Part shown: piece by piece, positions 38,574 through 50,322 of the stretch | Numbering within the stretch: the stretch's first letter is position 1 | Layout of the letters: each line of letters begins with the position of its first letter | Origin: a virus | Lineage: Duplodnaviria; Caudoviricetes | Strand: one strand, 5' to 3' | DNA: 64,000 bases | IMG/VR virus record: IMGVR_UViG_3300021387_000688 | Program-made: the position numbers and the translations under genes | Notes under the pieces: model-generated | Database searches by the model: none | What the model saw: the letters and a program-made list of their open reading frames with translations, nothing else | What the model was told of the DNA's origin: nothing

Positions 38574-41500
38574 CTACTCTTTTGTAATCATGAATAATTC
38601 TGGATGGTTTTTAATATAATCCATGAAATTCTCAAACCAGTGATCGATATCCTCTAACCCTACTAAGGGTACAGGATTCATTTTAACGATGTAAGTATTT
38701 GGATGCCCGCAAGAGAATTTCATTCCCGCTCTATAACTGAAATTGTTAGGATCTACTTTAAACCAATTCTCCCCTTCATGGGCTTGACAATAAACTACAT
38801 GATCGTCAATCATCCATTGCATTACAGTTTTCCAATCAGTTGTTTTGTCACAATTACTTTCTACGTTCTTGGTATTCATAAAATGAACATACTCCCTTGC
38901 AAAGTTTTCATTTTTGAATCCTCTTTCGAAATGCCAATCATTCGAAATAAGTAAAGGATCTCTTTGATAGAAATATTTTTTCTCTTTATTATTGAGGAAA
39001 CTATCTCCATTTGTCCATTGAAGATTAGAGAATACTGCAAATGGGTAATACCCATGCAGATCACCGAGATCAAATTCTGTAGAAGCTGCAGGGTCTTCAT
39101 TATGTTTCAAGAAAGATATATAATGTTCAAACCACTCTCCTGCTTCATAATGTTCGTTTACTTTTTCTCCCAAATAATTGCGGAAACTTTTTTCATTATA
39201 TTGATCGTGTCCTAGACCATTCCAAAATGTATCAAAACTTGACTTAGGCATCAATTTTGTACCTCCTTAAAAATTATTTCTTTTCTACTGGCGTTGTTAC
39301 AGGATCTTTTTCATAAACAAAATCGGCCATTTCAATCATCTCATCTCTGGTAAGATTTGTTTTACCCATTCTGTAAGTTGGATCTGTTTTGCGACGGTCA
39401 TTTACATATTCTGCATCCATGGCTTCCAAATCCTTGAAAGTCAATGCACCAAAACTTTCATCAGTATTATCGACAAGGGTATTTGCTTTCTTATTGTTTA
39501 CTTCCCAATCCTTTTTAATCTTATGATCTTCCCAGGCTTTCTTAATTCTATAACTAAGAGTAGGAACCATTTTAGCTTCTTCTCCGTTTGTCAAAGCAGA
39601 AATGGCTGACTTCTTATAGGTAGATTTAGGTTCTTTATACTCAACCCATCCATTAGTCCAATGATCGTACTTATAATGAATCTTGCCTGTACTTATATCG
39701 CAACTTCCCAATTCTGCATCTACCCAGGCTGCTTTAGCTCCTTCAGGATCTTTTTTAAAAAACTTAACCCAACCCTTCTCATCCAAAGAAGATGCTTTTA
39801 CAATACTTTCAAGTCTTTTATTATCTTTCTTAAAAGACTTAGGTGTTTTAGGTAAAAGGGATTCTGAAACGGATGCAGGTCCAAACATGTCACTCAATGT
39901 TTTAATGTCATTGGTTTTCTTCATAAAATATACTCCTTGTATAGGATAACGACTTTCTTAATAGATGCGTATTTTCTGTATACATTTTAAGTATAGAAAA
40001 GGTACTAACTCAAGCACCAACCGCAAGTATGTTCAGCCCATTTTGGAGTTTCACATAGTTTCCAACCTTTACAATATTTTTGACCTTTTTCATCAGTTTC
40101 TACTATAGGTTCGAACCACATGCAATTTACTTTATCAAAAGGATCTTTTAATCCCAAAAGACCTTGTTCGTGAGCTTCAATTACTGCATATTGGTAGTAA
40201 TTACATTCCCATAAATCTGTCCAGTTTTCAGTAACAGCTTTGAAAGCTTTATTGAAATCATAATAGAATCCCCAAGTCCTTGCATCATGGTTTTCATATT
40301 TATAATCTTTTGGAAGTCCTTTTGCTTCTTTTACACAATCGGCTACTTCTTGTTTAACATCCCTAACAGAAGCAATAAAGTAAACTGTTCTATCATCAAA
40401 GAATTTTAAGAGTTTAGTTCTAGCCCTTTCTTCAATTCGTTGACGATGTTTAACAAAGGCTTTTGCTTCTCTACATCTATCGGCTTGATTTTTTCTTATC
40501 ACATTTATTTTACACATTGTTAGAGGTACCAAATATGCATTATAATAATGTGCACGATTAGAAGAAGGGATTGAGCCATCTCCATTAAAATAACCATGCG
40601 CTTCTTCTATGGCGACTTTAGCAAACCTTTCTTCAATCCTTTCTTTTGTTTGATTTTCATATCGAAGGAATCTCATAGCCACTTCTCTTTCTTTGTTGTA
40701 CTTTCTACGGGCCTCTAAAGTAACTTGTTTACATCTTGCATAATCATCTAACAATGATTTAATAGTGGAACTCATTTTTCCTCCGAAAGATTCATTTCAA
40801 AATTTTCTTTTTTCATAAACTGGGCATTTTTATAATTTGTAATTACTTGTTTAATTGCATCTAATATTTTTGGTAAATTATCTTCAATGATTTTATAAGA
40901 TGCTTTTTCTACAGTAGCTTCATATAAATCCGAATCCATTATTTTTATAGGATCAAAAACAACCCAACGTCGGTTTCCATCCCAGTTTGTCCAGTTTTTA
41001 GATTCATCGTGTTGGTCACTTCTCCATTCTGCTCTCTCCCCGCTTTTGAAAAATATCTGTAAGTAAAAGCCTTCATCGGGGAGTATATAACTTTGGGTTG
41101 CAAAAAGTCTTAAATGGTATTCATCTGGTTTATCCATTTCCACAATGTAAACTGATTTAGTTTCACAGTTACCCATAAAGTCTTCGATACAACCTTTGGT
41201 ACGAAGTAATTCTGAAAGAGCGGTTTCAATCTCTTTAATAGATTCTTTATCAAAACCCCTTCTTTTTATTACAAGTTTCTTAAAAACTTTACATACCAAG
41301 CTTACTAAAATCATTATTACAAGTGCGCATAAAAGGCTTATAATAGTTTCTTTCATCATTTCTTTACCCCGTCTGCAAATTCATAATGGATTGCATTTCC
41401 TAAAGGTTTAGGAGGATCAAACATATCCTGTACTTCCCAGCGAATTTCTTGAATAGCACTGAAAGGTACAAAACCATCTCTTGCTTTATAGACATCTATA

Positions 41501-43132
41501 TAAGCATTTCTTGCAGCATATACCATTTCTTTATTACCTTTGAAAGCTTCTTCAAAATAAGGAGCCACATTGTAATGGTAATGCTGAATCATATTAGCTT
41601 TAAACAATTCTTTTTTGTCTTTAGTTTCTACAGTATATTCCCCGCAATCTACAACTGTAGGTTTTGTTGAAAACATTTTACATGCATCGTAAATAACGCA
41701 AGCGGTTAATAAAGCAATTGGAATAATATAATAACTCATTTTTAATCCCCCATAGGAACATCAAATTCAGGATCATAAGCATCAGCAACTACGCCGACCC
41801 CTTCAGGTAAACATTTAATACATTGTTCTCCCATAATCTTATCTGGATAAGTAGGATTACCATCTGATGGATTTCCCCAAGCCCAATCCATATAAGTTTT
41901 TCCATATCCACATTCTTCCATAATACCTCCCCAGTATCTGAAAGAACAAGTCCATTTATAAACTCCGTTGAGCGTCTCACCATCTTCTACTTCATAGTTA
42001 CCCATACCTTTTACTTCAAATACAGGTGTACCGTAATCCCCGTTTTGGTGATAATCCCCACTGAATTTAATTTTATTTTCCTGAAGCCGAATCTTTAAAG
42101 TAAATTCAGCAGCTCTCATGAACTTAGTCAATCTGTCTGCCAAATAATCTTTACCAGATGATTTCAATTCCATAATAACATCTGTGAAGTCTTTAATTTC
42201 AGGATTGCTAAAATAAGTCCAACCCTTGAAATAAATTCTACACTCATCTGCATCGTAGCAATCTTTAGTGATATAACCCATTACAATTTCTCCAATCTTT
42301 CATTGAAATTATCTTTGTTAAGAAAATCGAGGAATCCAACTCTTGCGGTAGCCTGGCCTAATATGAACATTGTTTTAAACATTGTTGTAATTAAATCCTC
42401 CTGAGGAATCTCAAGTACTTCATTTGCATAATATAGGGCCTGCTGGTAAGCACTTGCTTTAGAAAGTTCTACAGCTTTTTCATAGTCAATTGCAAGTCTT
42501 ATTGGATGCTCTTTATAAACTTCCGGTCTAGCTTTTTCTACAACAGAAACTGAGAAATCTGAACCCTGACCGGTAATGTAATTAAATTCAAAAGTATATT
42601 TATCAAACTTGATAAACAATCGCTGTTCTGGGAAATGACGAGAAACGTCTTCTGTAAAGTAAGCAAGGTGATGAAAGAGTTCTTCCAAATCCCCCATTGC
42701 TCCATAATAACGATCCAACAATTTATGATCGTCATCGGTATCTTTCAAATACCATTCTGGAATTTCTTTCTTCCAATTTTCTCCATATCCAAAATCATCA
42801 GTTCTGAGGAAAGTGTTTTTACCTTCATCTGCACATTGAGTAAGCCATTTAAGAATACCATAAGCATCACTTTCGGGTCCAAAACTTTTTGCTTCATAAG
42901 CTTTCTCTTTTGCTTCTAATTTCTTTGCAATCTGTTCAGCATTGTATTCATAAGCTTTCTGTTCGATTTCTTCAACACGTTCAATCTCGTCACAAAGCCA
43001 ACGTACCTTGTCAAGATCTTCTTCCCCGTTGCACATTTCATTTAATTTCTTAAGGACTTTTCCAAGGTAAAAGATGTCCTTATCGTCTTTGATTTCAGTT
43101 TCTTTGTAAATTTCTATTTTTATATCTTCCAT
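38574..43132 (-). CDS. Seven hypothetical ORFs (38574-39254, 39274-39924, 40005-40775, 40772-41359, 41356-41739, 41742-42281, 42281-43132)
   Basis: Co-directional, tightly packed ORFs; two have N-terminal TM helices; no recognised motifs. Confidence 0.6.
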
Positions 43133-43161
43133 ATAAATAATATAGAAACTTGGGCAAAAGA

Positions 43162-43187
43162 AAAGTCCTCAAATAAATGAGGACTTT
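43162..43187 (-). terminator. Intrinsic terminator
   Basis: AAAGTCCTCA...TGAGGACTTT after the STAS gene. Confidence 0.75.
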
Positions 43188-43190
43188 AAA

Positions 43191-43703
43191 TCAAAGAGAT
43201 ATCTCTAAATCATCGTTTACATTTATTATACTTTTACAATTCGTACATCTAAACCTTCCCGGCTTAGTTAACGTAATGTGTTTTTTACATACAGGGCATT
43301 CAGTTTCCTTATCCCCTATAAGAGTTTTTGCTATTTTATTATTAAGTTTTTCAATAGCTTCTTTTTTATCTTTTCCAATCAAGAAGAATTGATTAAAACC
43401 TAACAAATAGAATATTTCTTCTATTTTAGGGTACAAACTATAGAAAGCAATCCCTCCTCCTGCTTCTCTTGCATATTTTAAAATTTCTACAAAAGTACCA
43501 ATACCGGTAGATGAAACAAAAGTTAAAGCAGAGCATTCAAATATTATCTTACAAAATCCTTTTTGTATTATACTATGCAGCACCTCTAATAAAAATTCGT
43601 GAGAGTTGTACGTGTCTATATAGCCCTGCAATTTCACGAACATTATTCCATCTGACCCCTCTTCATAATGTAGCTGAAGAGAATCTATTTCTTTAAGTTT
43701 CAT
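43191..43703 (-). CDS. STAS-domain anti-sigma factor antagonist with C-terminal zinc ribbon
   Basis: LQGYIDTYNS, LTFVSSTGIG phospho-Ser motif, LLGF; CPVC...GRFRCTNC. Confidence 0.9.
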   Translation of the reverse strand: MKLKEIDSLQLHYEEGSDGIMFVKLQGYIDTYNSHEFLLEVLHSIIQKGFCKIIFECSALTFVSSTGIGTFVEILKYAREAGGGIAFYSLYPKIEEIFYLLGFNQFFLIGKDKKEAIEKLNNKIAKTLIGDKETECPVCKKHITLTKPGRFRCTNCKSIINVNDDLEISL

Positions 43704-43769
43704 GAATTTATACTTCCTTGGGATTTTAATTAGTTAATCAAAGATGGGTTACTTTTCTATATTTTAACC

Positions 43770-44051
43770 ATGAACGAAGTTATTAATGTTTTGGATACCG
43801 GTATTCTAATTTCACCGGACCTTCCAGTTGAGAGGCCATTTAGGCAAACATGGGGTGGATATGAAAAGGATAATATATTTTATCTTTTCCATAAGCAATA
43901 TACTACAACTTATAAATTCCTCAAAAAAGTAGATCGTTATAATAAGAAGGTTAATTATCAATTAGTTATGCCAGACGGTAATGTTATCGTATTTGGGGAT
44001 GATAGCGAAGGTATTAAGGAAATGAGTAAATTCATTGAGGCAATACTTTAA
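43770..44051 (+). CDS. Hypothetical protein
   Basis: 93 aa; TATATT 6 nt before ATG. Confidence 0.6.
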   Translation: MNEVINVLDTGILISPDLPVERPFRQTWGGYEKDNIFYLFHKQYTTTYKFLKKVDRYNKKVNYQLVMPDGNVIVFGDDSEGIKEMSKFIEAIL

Positions 44052-44060
44052 GGAGAACAC

Positions 44061-45170
44061 GTGGACAAATTATATAAAAAGACAATCCAATTAAAAAACA
44101 ATTGGTTAGAAAAATATCCAGACGACGCTTTGCATTTATTAGTTATTGGCGGTACCCATGGTAACGAATCTAATGCAGTAAAGATGGTTGCAGATTTTAC
44201 AAACAAGTTGACTAGCCGTGCAAATTACAGTTCAGGTTGTTGGTGGGAAAACACTAACATTTCAAAAGTAACTATAGTTAATGCATTAAACTCAATTGGG
44301 TTAAAGTATAACGAAAGAGAGTTTAACGAAGAAGAAAAAAGAGAAACAAATGATCTAAACCGTTACTTTGATTCAAAAGAACCTACTACTAAAGAAGAAA
44401 TTATGGGCGAATTAGAAAACATAATGAAAGATATAGACATTGTTGTAGACGTCCATAATAGCCCTAACATACTTCCTTGTATTTCAATTGCATTAAATAA
44501 AAATGCACCAGCTTACATTGACTGGGCAATTAAGAACAATGTGCACTTCGTATTAGCAGATGATACTCCTACTATTAAAAGACATGCAGATATGGACTTA
44601 GGTAAAATTGCATTCACTTATGAATTTTCTGGAATGGGTTATGATCAACAAAGAGATCCTAATTGGCCAGAATGGGAAGTAAATGGATTTGAAAAGTTCT
44701 TAGAGAGTATTGCAAAGACATGGGACTTTGATAAATTCTTTGAAAGGGAATGGGAGTATGACAAAGGAAACTCAAGGGTTTTCAAACATACTTTCTGGAA
44801 GCGTACAGAAAATCCTTACATAACTTATTTACCTTATCTTTATGAAAAGAAGTATTTTCCAATCCCTACCTACGGTAATGGTGTATACAGTTGGATTAGA
44901 GGTAACCCTTTAGGTCACTATAAAAAAGATGAGCAAATTGCTTTTATTAATAATCCAATTGATGGTGGAATGGAAGGAGAGATTAGAGCACCTTGCGATG
45001 GTACTTTAATAGATGTAGATGATTCTTGGTGGGCTTGTTTTGATGGAGCTGTAGGAGATTTCCAACCAGACTTAAATCCAGATGCTTATGATTATTGGAA
45101 CATTGAAGAAGTATCTAAAAGAGAAAAAGCAAAAGAAGAAGCTTCATTGCCAAGAGAGGAGGTTAATTAA
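44061..45170 (+). CDS. M14 family succinylglutamate desuccinylase/aspartoacylase-like Zn hydrolase
   Basis: GGTHGNE, DLNR, VDVHN, FTYE, IRAPCDG. Confidence 0.85.
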   Translation: MDKLYKKTIQLKNNWLEKYPDDALHLLVIGGTHGNESNAVKMVADFTNKLTSRANYSSGCWWENTNISKVTIVNALNSIGLKYNEREFNEEEKRETNDLNRYFDSKEPTTKEEIMGELENIMKDIDIVVDVHNSPNILPCISIALNKNAPAYIDWAIKNNVHFVLADDTPTIKRHADMDLGKIAFTYEFSGMGYDQQRDPNWPEWEVNGFEKFLESIAKTWDFDKFFEREWEYDKGNSRVFKHTFWKRTENPYITYLPYLYEKKYFPIPTYGNGVYSWIRGNPLGHYKKDEQIAFINNPIDGGMEGEIRAPCDGTLIDVDDSWWACFDGAVGDFQPDLNPDAYDYWNIEEVSKREKAKEEASLPREEVN

Positions 45171-46069
45171 TGAAAAATATATGCGATGATAAAACTGAAA
45201 TGACATTTGAGACTTTTTCTAATCTTGCAGATATAAGTCCTATAGGTATAGAAGATTTTAAAGCTGATACGGGTATAGCAAATATTGATACATTCAAAGC
45301 CTCCTACACTGCTTGGAAAAAAACCTATTGTGGTTGGGCTAAAAATTATTCTTCATTAAAATGGATTCCTTTCAAAGATGAATTAAAGACTGAATTTAAT
45401 TTCCCTATTTATGAATTCATCCCAGATGGTTTTTATGAATATACTGAAGAAGGTATGCCGGATATGGAAGGCCGTGAAGATTATAAGTTTGTAAGACGTT
45501 ATCGTCATAGAGATTATGCTATAACTTTTATGAAGGTTCATAATAAAGCATTAAGAGAAGAATATGCAAAAGCCAATAGACCTGTAGGTATAATAGAAAA
45601 AGATGATATTGCTACAAAAGTTGCACATTCTTTAATTTCCAAACCAAACGAATTCTTAGATCAACTTGAAGAAAATTGCAATGAACATCTTGGGGTTAAA
45701 GACCCAAACATACTTGATTGGAAAGAAGCAATGAAAGCTTTAATTGAAGGTAAGAGAATTGAAGCATGCCATGTCGATAATGAGAAAGGTACATCTACGT
45801 TATGGTTTGAAGTAGAATTTGCAATATACCCAGAAGATAAAGAATTGGGGGAAACCGTAAGGCTTGGAAGAGATTGGAAATATCGAATTTTAGACGATTC
45901 TCAAGAAAGAGAAGAACTTTTTGAAGAATGTGAAAAGTTGGGAATTATAAATGTAAGTAAAGTTTCTAAAGTTTCAACTTCGCTCTTGCACGATATTGTA
46001 GATGCCGTTAAGTCAATCAATTTGGATTGGGAAGCAATAGCAAAACAAATAAATGAGGAGACAAAGTAA
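45170..46069 (+). CDS. Hypothetical protein
   Basis: 299 aa coupled ORF. Confidence 0.6.
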   Translation: MKNICDDKTEMTFETFSNLADISPIGIEDFKADTGIANIDTFKASYTAWKKTYCGWAKNYSSLKWIPFKDELKTEFNFPIYEFIPDGFYEYTEEGMPDMEGREDYKFVRRYRHRDYAITFMKVHNKALREEYAKANRPVGIIEKDDIATKVAHSLISKPNEFLDQLEENCNEHLGVKDPNILDWKEAMKALIEGKRIEACHVDNEKGTSTLWFEVEFAIYPEDKELGETVRLGRDWKYRILDDSQEREELFEECEKLGIINVSKVSKVSTSLLHDIVDAVKSINLDWEAIAKQINEETK

Positions 46070-46545
46070 TGAGTTACGATTCAACAAAAGACACAGAAAA
46101 GCACATTGCAAAAGTAAGTAAATACATAGATAAATGTATTGACGAAATGGCCGAAAGAAGTGTACTGCACGATCATGACAAGATTGATGATGCTACAGAG
46201 AAAAAACTTTTTGATGAGTATACCCCAAAACTAGTAGATTGTACTTACGGAAGCGATGAGTATAAAGAATTTTTGAAGGGACTTAAACCTGCATTAGATC
46301 GCCATTATAAAAATAATAGACACCACCCAGAACACTTTAAGAATGGTATTAAAGGCATGAACCTAATCGATGTACTTGAATTAATTTGTGACTGGAAAGC
46401 TTCTTCAGAAAGGCATGAAGATGGAGACGTTTATAAGTCAATTGAGCTCAATCAGGATAGATTTAAGTATTCAGATGATTTGAAATCAATTTTGAAAAAC
46501 ACTGTAGATTTCTTAAACGGAAAAGGAGGTACTCAAGATGCTTAA
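46069..46545 (+). CDS. DUF5662-like HD-related protein
   Basis: HDHDK, HYKNNRHHPEH, ELICDW. Confidence 0.75.
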   Translation: MSYDSTKDTEKHIAKVSKYIDKCIDEMAERSVLHDHDKIDDATEKKLFDEYTPKLVDCTYGSDEYKEFLKGLKPALDRHYKNNRHHPEHFKNGIKGMNLIDVLELICDWKASSERHEDGDVYKSIELNQDRFKYSDDLKSILKNTVDFLNGKGGTQDA

Positions 46546-47354
46546 GAAAATAAATGTAACTGTTGAAATTATTGTAGAAGAAGATATTGACGAGCAGGAC
46601 ATTAAAGACAATATTGACAACTTAAACTACCTTTCTGAAAAAGGTGTAAAGTATGTTGATAGTGAATTTGTAGAGTGGGACTAATGGCTGAAGAAAAGAA
46701 ATATGATTCATTTTATGAATATGTAATGGATGCGGCTAAAACAGTTTGGGAACATCAAAAAGGTGGTCCAGCCCGTTATACAATTCTTTCTCCTGAACAA
46801 ATTGAAAGATTGGAAAAAGGTGAGAGCGAATTTGAAATAGGAACGGGGACTGTTCCCTTTATTACTAAAGAACAATATTTAAGGGAGAAAAACGAATGGA
46901 CAAAGAAACCTTCATAATTAGATTAAAGAAAATTAAAGAGTTGAATGACATCTTAGAAACTAAGCATGAATTGATGGTAGAACAGAATCCTTTTGTAGAA
47001 GACGGCGGAGGAGTAATGCCAACTTGGCTGACCAATCTTGTTTTGGAACATGTTATTACTCTTTTTGCTGCAGTAAATGAAAAAGCCTATTATCGTACAA
47101 AGTTGGATGAATGTAGAGATTCTTATCCTGGAATGACGTTAGAAGAAATTGCAAATGAAATTGGTATGAGCGTAAACAAGCTTAAAGACAATTGCGAAGA
47201 AGTTTACGTTCTTACAGATTTGGCAGAATATTTCCTTTATGAAATGGATTGGGGCGGAAGAATATCTATTGGTAAGGATGATAGTGACACTTCAAGAGAT
47301 TACGATTTTTCTGATTATGGAAGGTTGTACGATTATATAAAAGAGGAACTCTAA
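46538..47354 (+). CDS. Three small ORFs (46538-46684, 46684-46917, 46896-47354)
   Basis: Coupled; the first (48 aa) found by manual translation. Confidence 0.55.
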
Positions 47355-47980
47355 TGGTAGAAAACGAACACTCAAGTATTGAGCCAGGATATATTTATAT
47401 TTGCTATCAAGGTGTAGGCAAATCAAGTACAGTAAATGAAAACTCAGGGTTCATTGATTTAGAGTCTAGTAATTTTAGACTGGAAGATGGCTTTAGACCA
47501 GATGATTGGTATAAGTATTATGCTCAAGTTGTATTCGATTTAGCAACTCAAGGGTATTCAGTATTTACTTCTTCTCACGATGTAGTAAGAGAAGAGTTGG
47601 CAAGACTTAGAGATACATATCATCCTGAAGTTAAGATTGCAATTATTTATCCAAACCCTGAATTAAGGGATGCATGGGTTGATAGATTGCAAGCTCGCTA
47701 TGATGCAAACCCTACAAAAAAGAATGAGGCCGCTTTAGGAAATGCAAAAGATAGACTTCCAGAAAACGTAAAAGAAATGGAAGATGATGCTTACGCATAT
47801 AGTTTTGGAATTATTAAAATAGATTCTACAAATTATAAACTGATTGATAAACTCCCATTACAAGACCCTAATGTTGCAATTTCAGTTGCAATTGATGAAA
47901 CAGATTTTAATCCAGAAAGGGATGAAATAGGGGTAACTATTCGCAAAGAGGTAAAACAAGATGGTGGAGAATGGGTATAA
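47354..47980 (+). CDS. P-loop kinase-like protein
   Basis: YQGVGKSS Walker A, IDLESS. Confidence 0.7.
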   Translation: MVENEHSSIEPGYIYICYQGVGKSSTVNENSGFIDLESSNFRLEDGFRPDDWYKYYAQVVFDLATQGYSVFTSSHDVVREELARLRDTYHPEVKIAIIYPNPELRDAWVDRLQARYDANPTKKNEAALGNAKDRLPENVKEMEDDAYAYSFGIIKIDSTNYKLIDKLPLQDPNVAISVAIDETDFNPERDEIGVTIRKEVKQDGGEWV

Positions 47981-48251
47981 AGAAAAGCCTCCTACATTTA
48001 CAGAATGGTACATAGCAGAATGCGCAAAAGATAAAGAAAATATTTTACCCCCGCCTTTACCTTATGATTTAGGAATTCATTTTTTAAAGCAATATCTTCT
48101 CGGGGAAGATTGGTATGTAAATTATCCAGGCTCGGGAGAACAAATTGCAACTGATATAGTGTATGCTATATTAGATAAGTATTCAAAAAAGTTTAGAAAA
48201 GAATTTAAGAAAGCACTTAAAGAGGAGCAAAAGAAAAGAAATGGAAATTGA
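47961..48251 (+). CDS. Hypothetical protein
   Basis: 96 aa overlapping both neighbours. Confidence 0.55.
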   Translation: MVENGYKEKPPTFTEWYIAECAKDKENILPPPLPYDLGIHFLKQYLLGEDWYVNYPGSGEQIATDIVYAILDKYSKKFRKEFKKALKEEQKKRNGN

Positions 48252-48906
48252 GATGAAAGCAAGACTCAATGATGAGCAACTTGATAAAATTCTTTGGTGT
48301 ATTGACAATGAAAGTGAATATTTAGAAAAGAGCGATGAATATTTTTCTTTCGATGGTATAGCTCCAAAGAAGCCAAAAAACATTATTCGTATTAGAAAGG
48401 AAAAAGCTGGGAACGCCAATAAATGCTTAGCTGCATTTAGAGGGGGCTGTAGTGTAGATACTGTTAAATGTATTTTAGTAGGAGCCATTTATCCTTTTGC
48501 AAGTGTTGAGGCTGACAAAGAGCAAACTTGGTTGACGGTAAAAGCAAAGAATACAGACTCCGCCGGTATCGAAACTAATGAAGAAACAGAGGGTCAATTA
48601 TTCAAAGGAGCTGAAGAAGCTTTCCGCAAGTCAATGGAAATTACTCACTTCAAAACATATTTTACAAAATTCAAAAGATCTTTCTCCTTCTATGTAAAGA
48701 ACAAGGACAAGAATAAAAACAATTTTACAATGCATGCAGAATTGGTTTCTGTAGACGGAGTGGGACCTTATCTTGAAATTGAATCGGTTGTAAAAGAAAA
48801 AGATGCTGCAGAAGCTAGTGACCAAATTAAATGGTTCTTTGAACATGAATTGGGTATTACAGAATTTGATGGTCGTAGTTGGGCTGACATCGTGGAGGAA
48901 AAATAA
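48241..48906 (+). CDS. CYTH-domain (class IV adenylate cyclase/triphosphatase-like) protein
   Basis: MEIEMK, DEYF, RIR, LTVK, EETE, YLEIE. Confidence 0.85.
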   Translation: MEIEMKARLNDEQLDKILWCIDNESEYLEKSDEYFSFDGIAPKKPKNIIRIRKEKAGNANKCLAAFRGGCSVDTVKCILVGAIYPFASVEADKEQTWLTVKAKNTDSAGIETNEETEGQLFKGAEEAFRKSMEITHFKTYFTKFKRSFSFYVKNKDKNKNNFTMHAELVSVDGVGPYLEIESVVKEKDAAEASDQIKWFFEHELGITEFDGRSWADIVEEK

Positions 48907-49637
48907 TGATTGAGATTTTGAAATGGACACCAAGCGACCCTTTGAACCAAATTGGGTTTTGTGCAGGAGTTTGTTGGAATGCCCCTACAGACGATGTAGA
49001 GAAAAATATTAAACGTGCAAAGAATTGCATCAAATCTAATCACGGAAGAACAGAAGAGTTTCCAGACGTTTATGTAGTATTGGATGAATACTCCGCCAGA
49101 GTGTTTAGGGAGTTTTATACTCATATTATTGGTACAACTCGTTTACAGTCTTCTACAAGATATGTAGATGCAAAAACAATGGACCCAGAAAATGATTTCT
49201 TTATACCTTCTAAATTTACTACGGCTCAAAGAAATGAATTGTTGAGGGGTTATCAGGAAATTATGAGAACCTATGCAAATTTGGAAGAGTTGGGAGCTGC
49301 AAAAGAAGATGCCGCAAACATATTACCTTTAGGAATGAACTCAAAAGTAGTTGCAAAGATTAATATGAGGGCCTTGGAACACATGGCTCATAAAAGATGT
49401 TGTAATAGAGCTTATCATGAATTTAGAAAGTTGATGGGGGAATTTATTGACACTCTTAAAAAATATTCAGATGAGTGGAAGTGGATTTGTGAAACTTTGC
49501 TAGTCCCTGAATGTAAAGCTTTAGGATATTGTCCAGAAACAAAAGGTTGCGGTATGGAGATTTCTAAGGAAGAAGCATTGAAAGCTATTAAGTATTGGAA
49601 AGAACACAAATCCAAAATTGAGGATGATGGAAAATGA
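48906..49637 (+). CDS. thyX: FAD-dependent thymidylate synthase
   Basis: HGRTEEF, SARVFRE...H...QSSTRY, EDAANILP, NMRAL...KR. Confidence 0.9.
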   Translation: MIEILKWTPSDPLNQIGFCAGVCWNAPTDDVEKNIKRAKNCIKSNHGRTEEFPDVYVVLDEYSARVFREFYTHIIGTTRLQSSTRYVDAKTMDPENDFFIPSKFTTAQRNELLRGYQEIMRTYANLEELGAAKEDAANILPLGMNSKVVAKINMRALEHMAHKRCCNRAYHEFRKLMGEFIDTLKKYSDEWKWICETLLVPECKALGYCPETKGCGMEISKEEALKAIKYWKEHKSKIEDDGK

Positions 49638-50110
49638 CAGAGTTGAAGGAAGACCTTTTCAAACAATATGAATTTCTTAAACTTGCAGAAGAGGAATGTA
49701 TTATAGTTCATTGCATTTCTTCTGATAAGGCAATGGGTGCAGGAATTGCATTGCCAATGCAAAACAAATTCAAATTGAGAGAAAATTGGCCTTCTAAACT
49801 CCCTGAAAGATTAAAAGGCTGGGCCGGAGAGGGTTATTCAGTTTTTGTTACAGGGGAAGAAAAACAGATTGTATGCAATCTAATTACAAAGGAACATTAT
49901 TATGATAAGCCTACTTTAGAAACTTTTAAGCAGGCTTTGAATGATGCCAAATATACTTTAGATGAATTATCTCAAATAGGTTTTAATGTTCCTAATAAAA
50001 TTCTAATGCCAAAAATCGGGTGCGGGTTGGATAGATTAAACTGGAATGATGTTAAACCTCTAATAGAACTTTTCTTCAAAGGTTATGACATTACAGTTTG
50101 CTATCTATAA
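49634..50110 (+). CDS. Macro domain (ADP-ribose processing) protein
   Basis: HCISSDKAMGAGIA, NLITK, MPKIGCGLDRLNW. Confidence 0.9.
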   Translation: MTELKEDLFKQYEFLKLAEEECIIVHCISSDKAMGAGIALPMQNKFKLRENWPSKLPERLKGWAGEGYSVFVTGEEKQIVCNLITKEHYYDKPTLETFKQALNDAKYTLDELSQIGFNVPNKILMPKIGCGLDRLNWNDVKPLIELFFKGYDITVCYL

Positions 50111-50124
50111 TAGAGGAGATTTTT

Positions 50125-50283
50125 ATGAACGGGAATAGTCAAATTAACTTAGACGAGTTTTGTGAGATTAGTAAACTGACTCCAAGTGAGAAAGAAAAGT
50201 TTACAAAATATCTAAAAGGAAAAACAGAGAGTCGTCCAATCAATGCTTGGCTATTAGTATTTAACAAATTCTTTGATAGGTAA
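50125..50283 (+). CDS. Small hypothetical protein
   Basis: GAGGAG SD, ATG at 50125. Confidence 0.55.
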   Translation: MNGNSQINLDEFCEISKLTPSEKEKFTKYLKGKTESRPINAWLLVFNKFFDR

Positions 50284-50286
50284 AAG

Positions 50287-50314
50287 AAAAGGAGCTTCTT
50301 TTGAAGCTCCTTTT
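50287..50314. terminator. Bidirectional terminator
   Basis: AAAAGGAGCTTC-TTTT-GAAGCTCCTTTT between convergent operons. Confidence 0.85.
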
Positions 50315-50322
50315 TTATTTGG

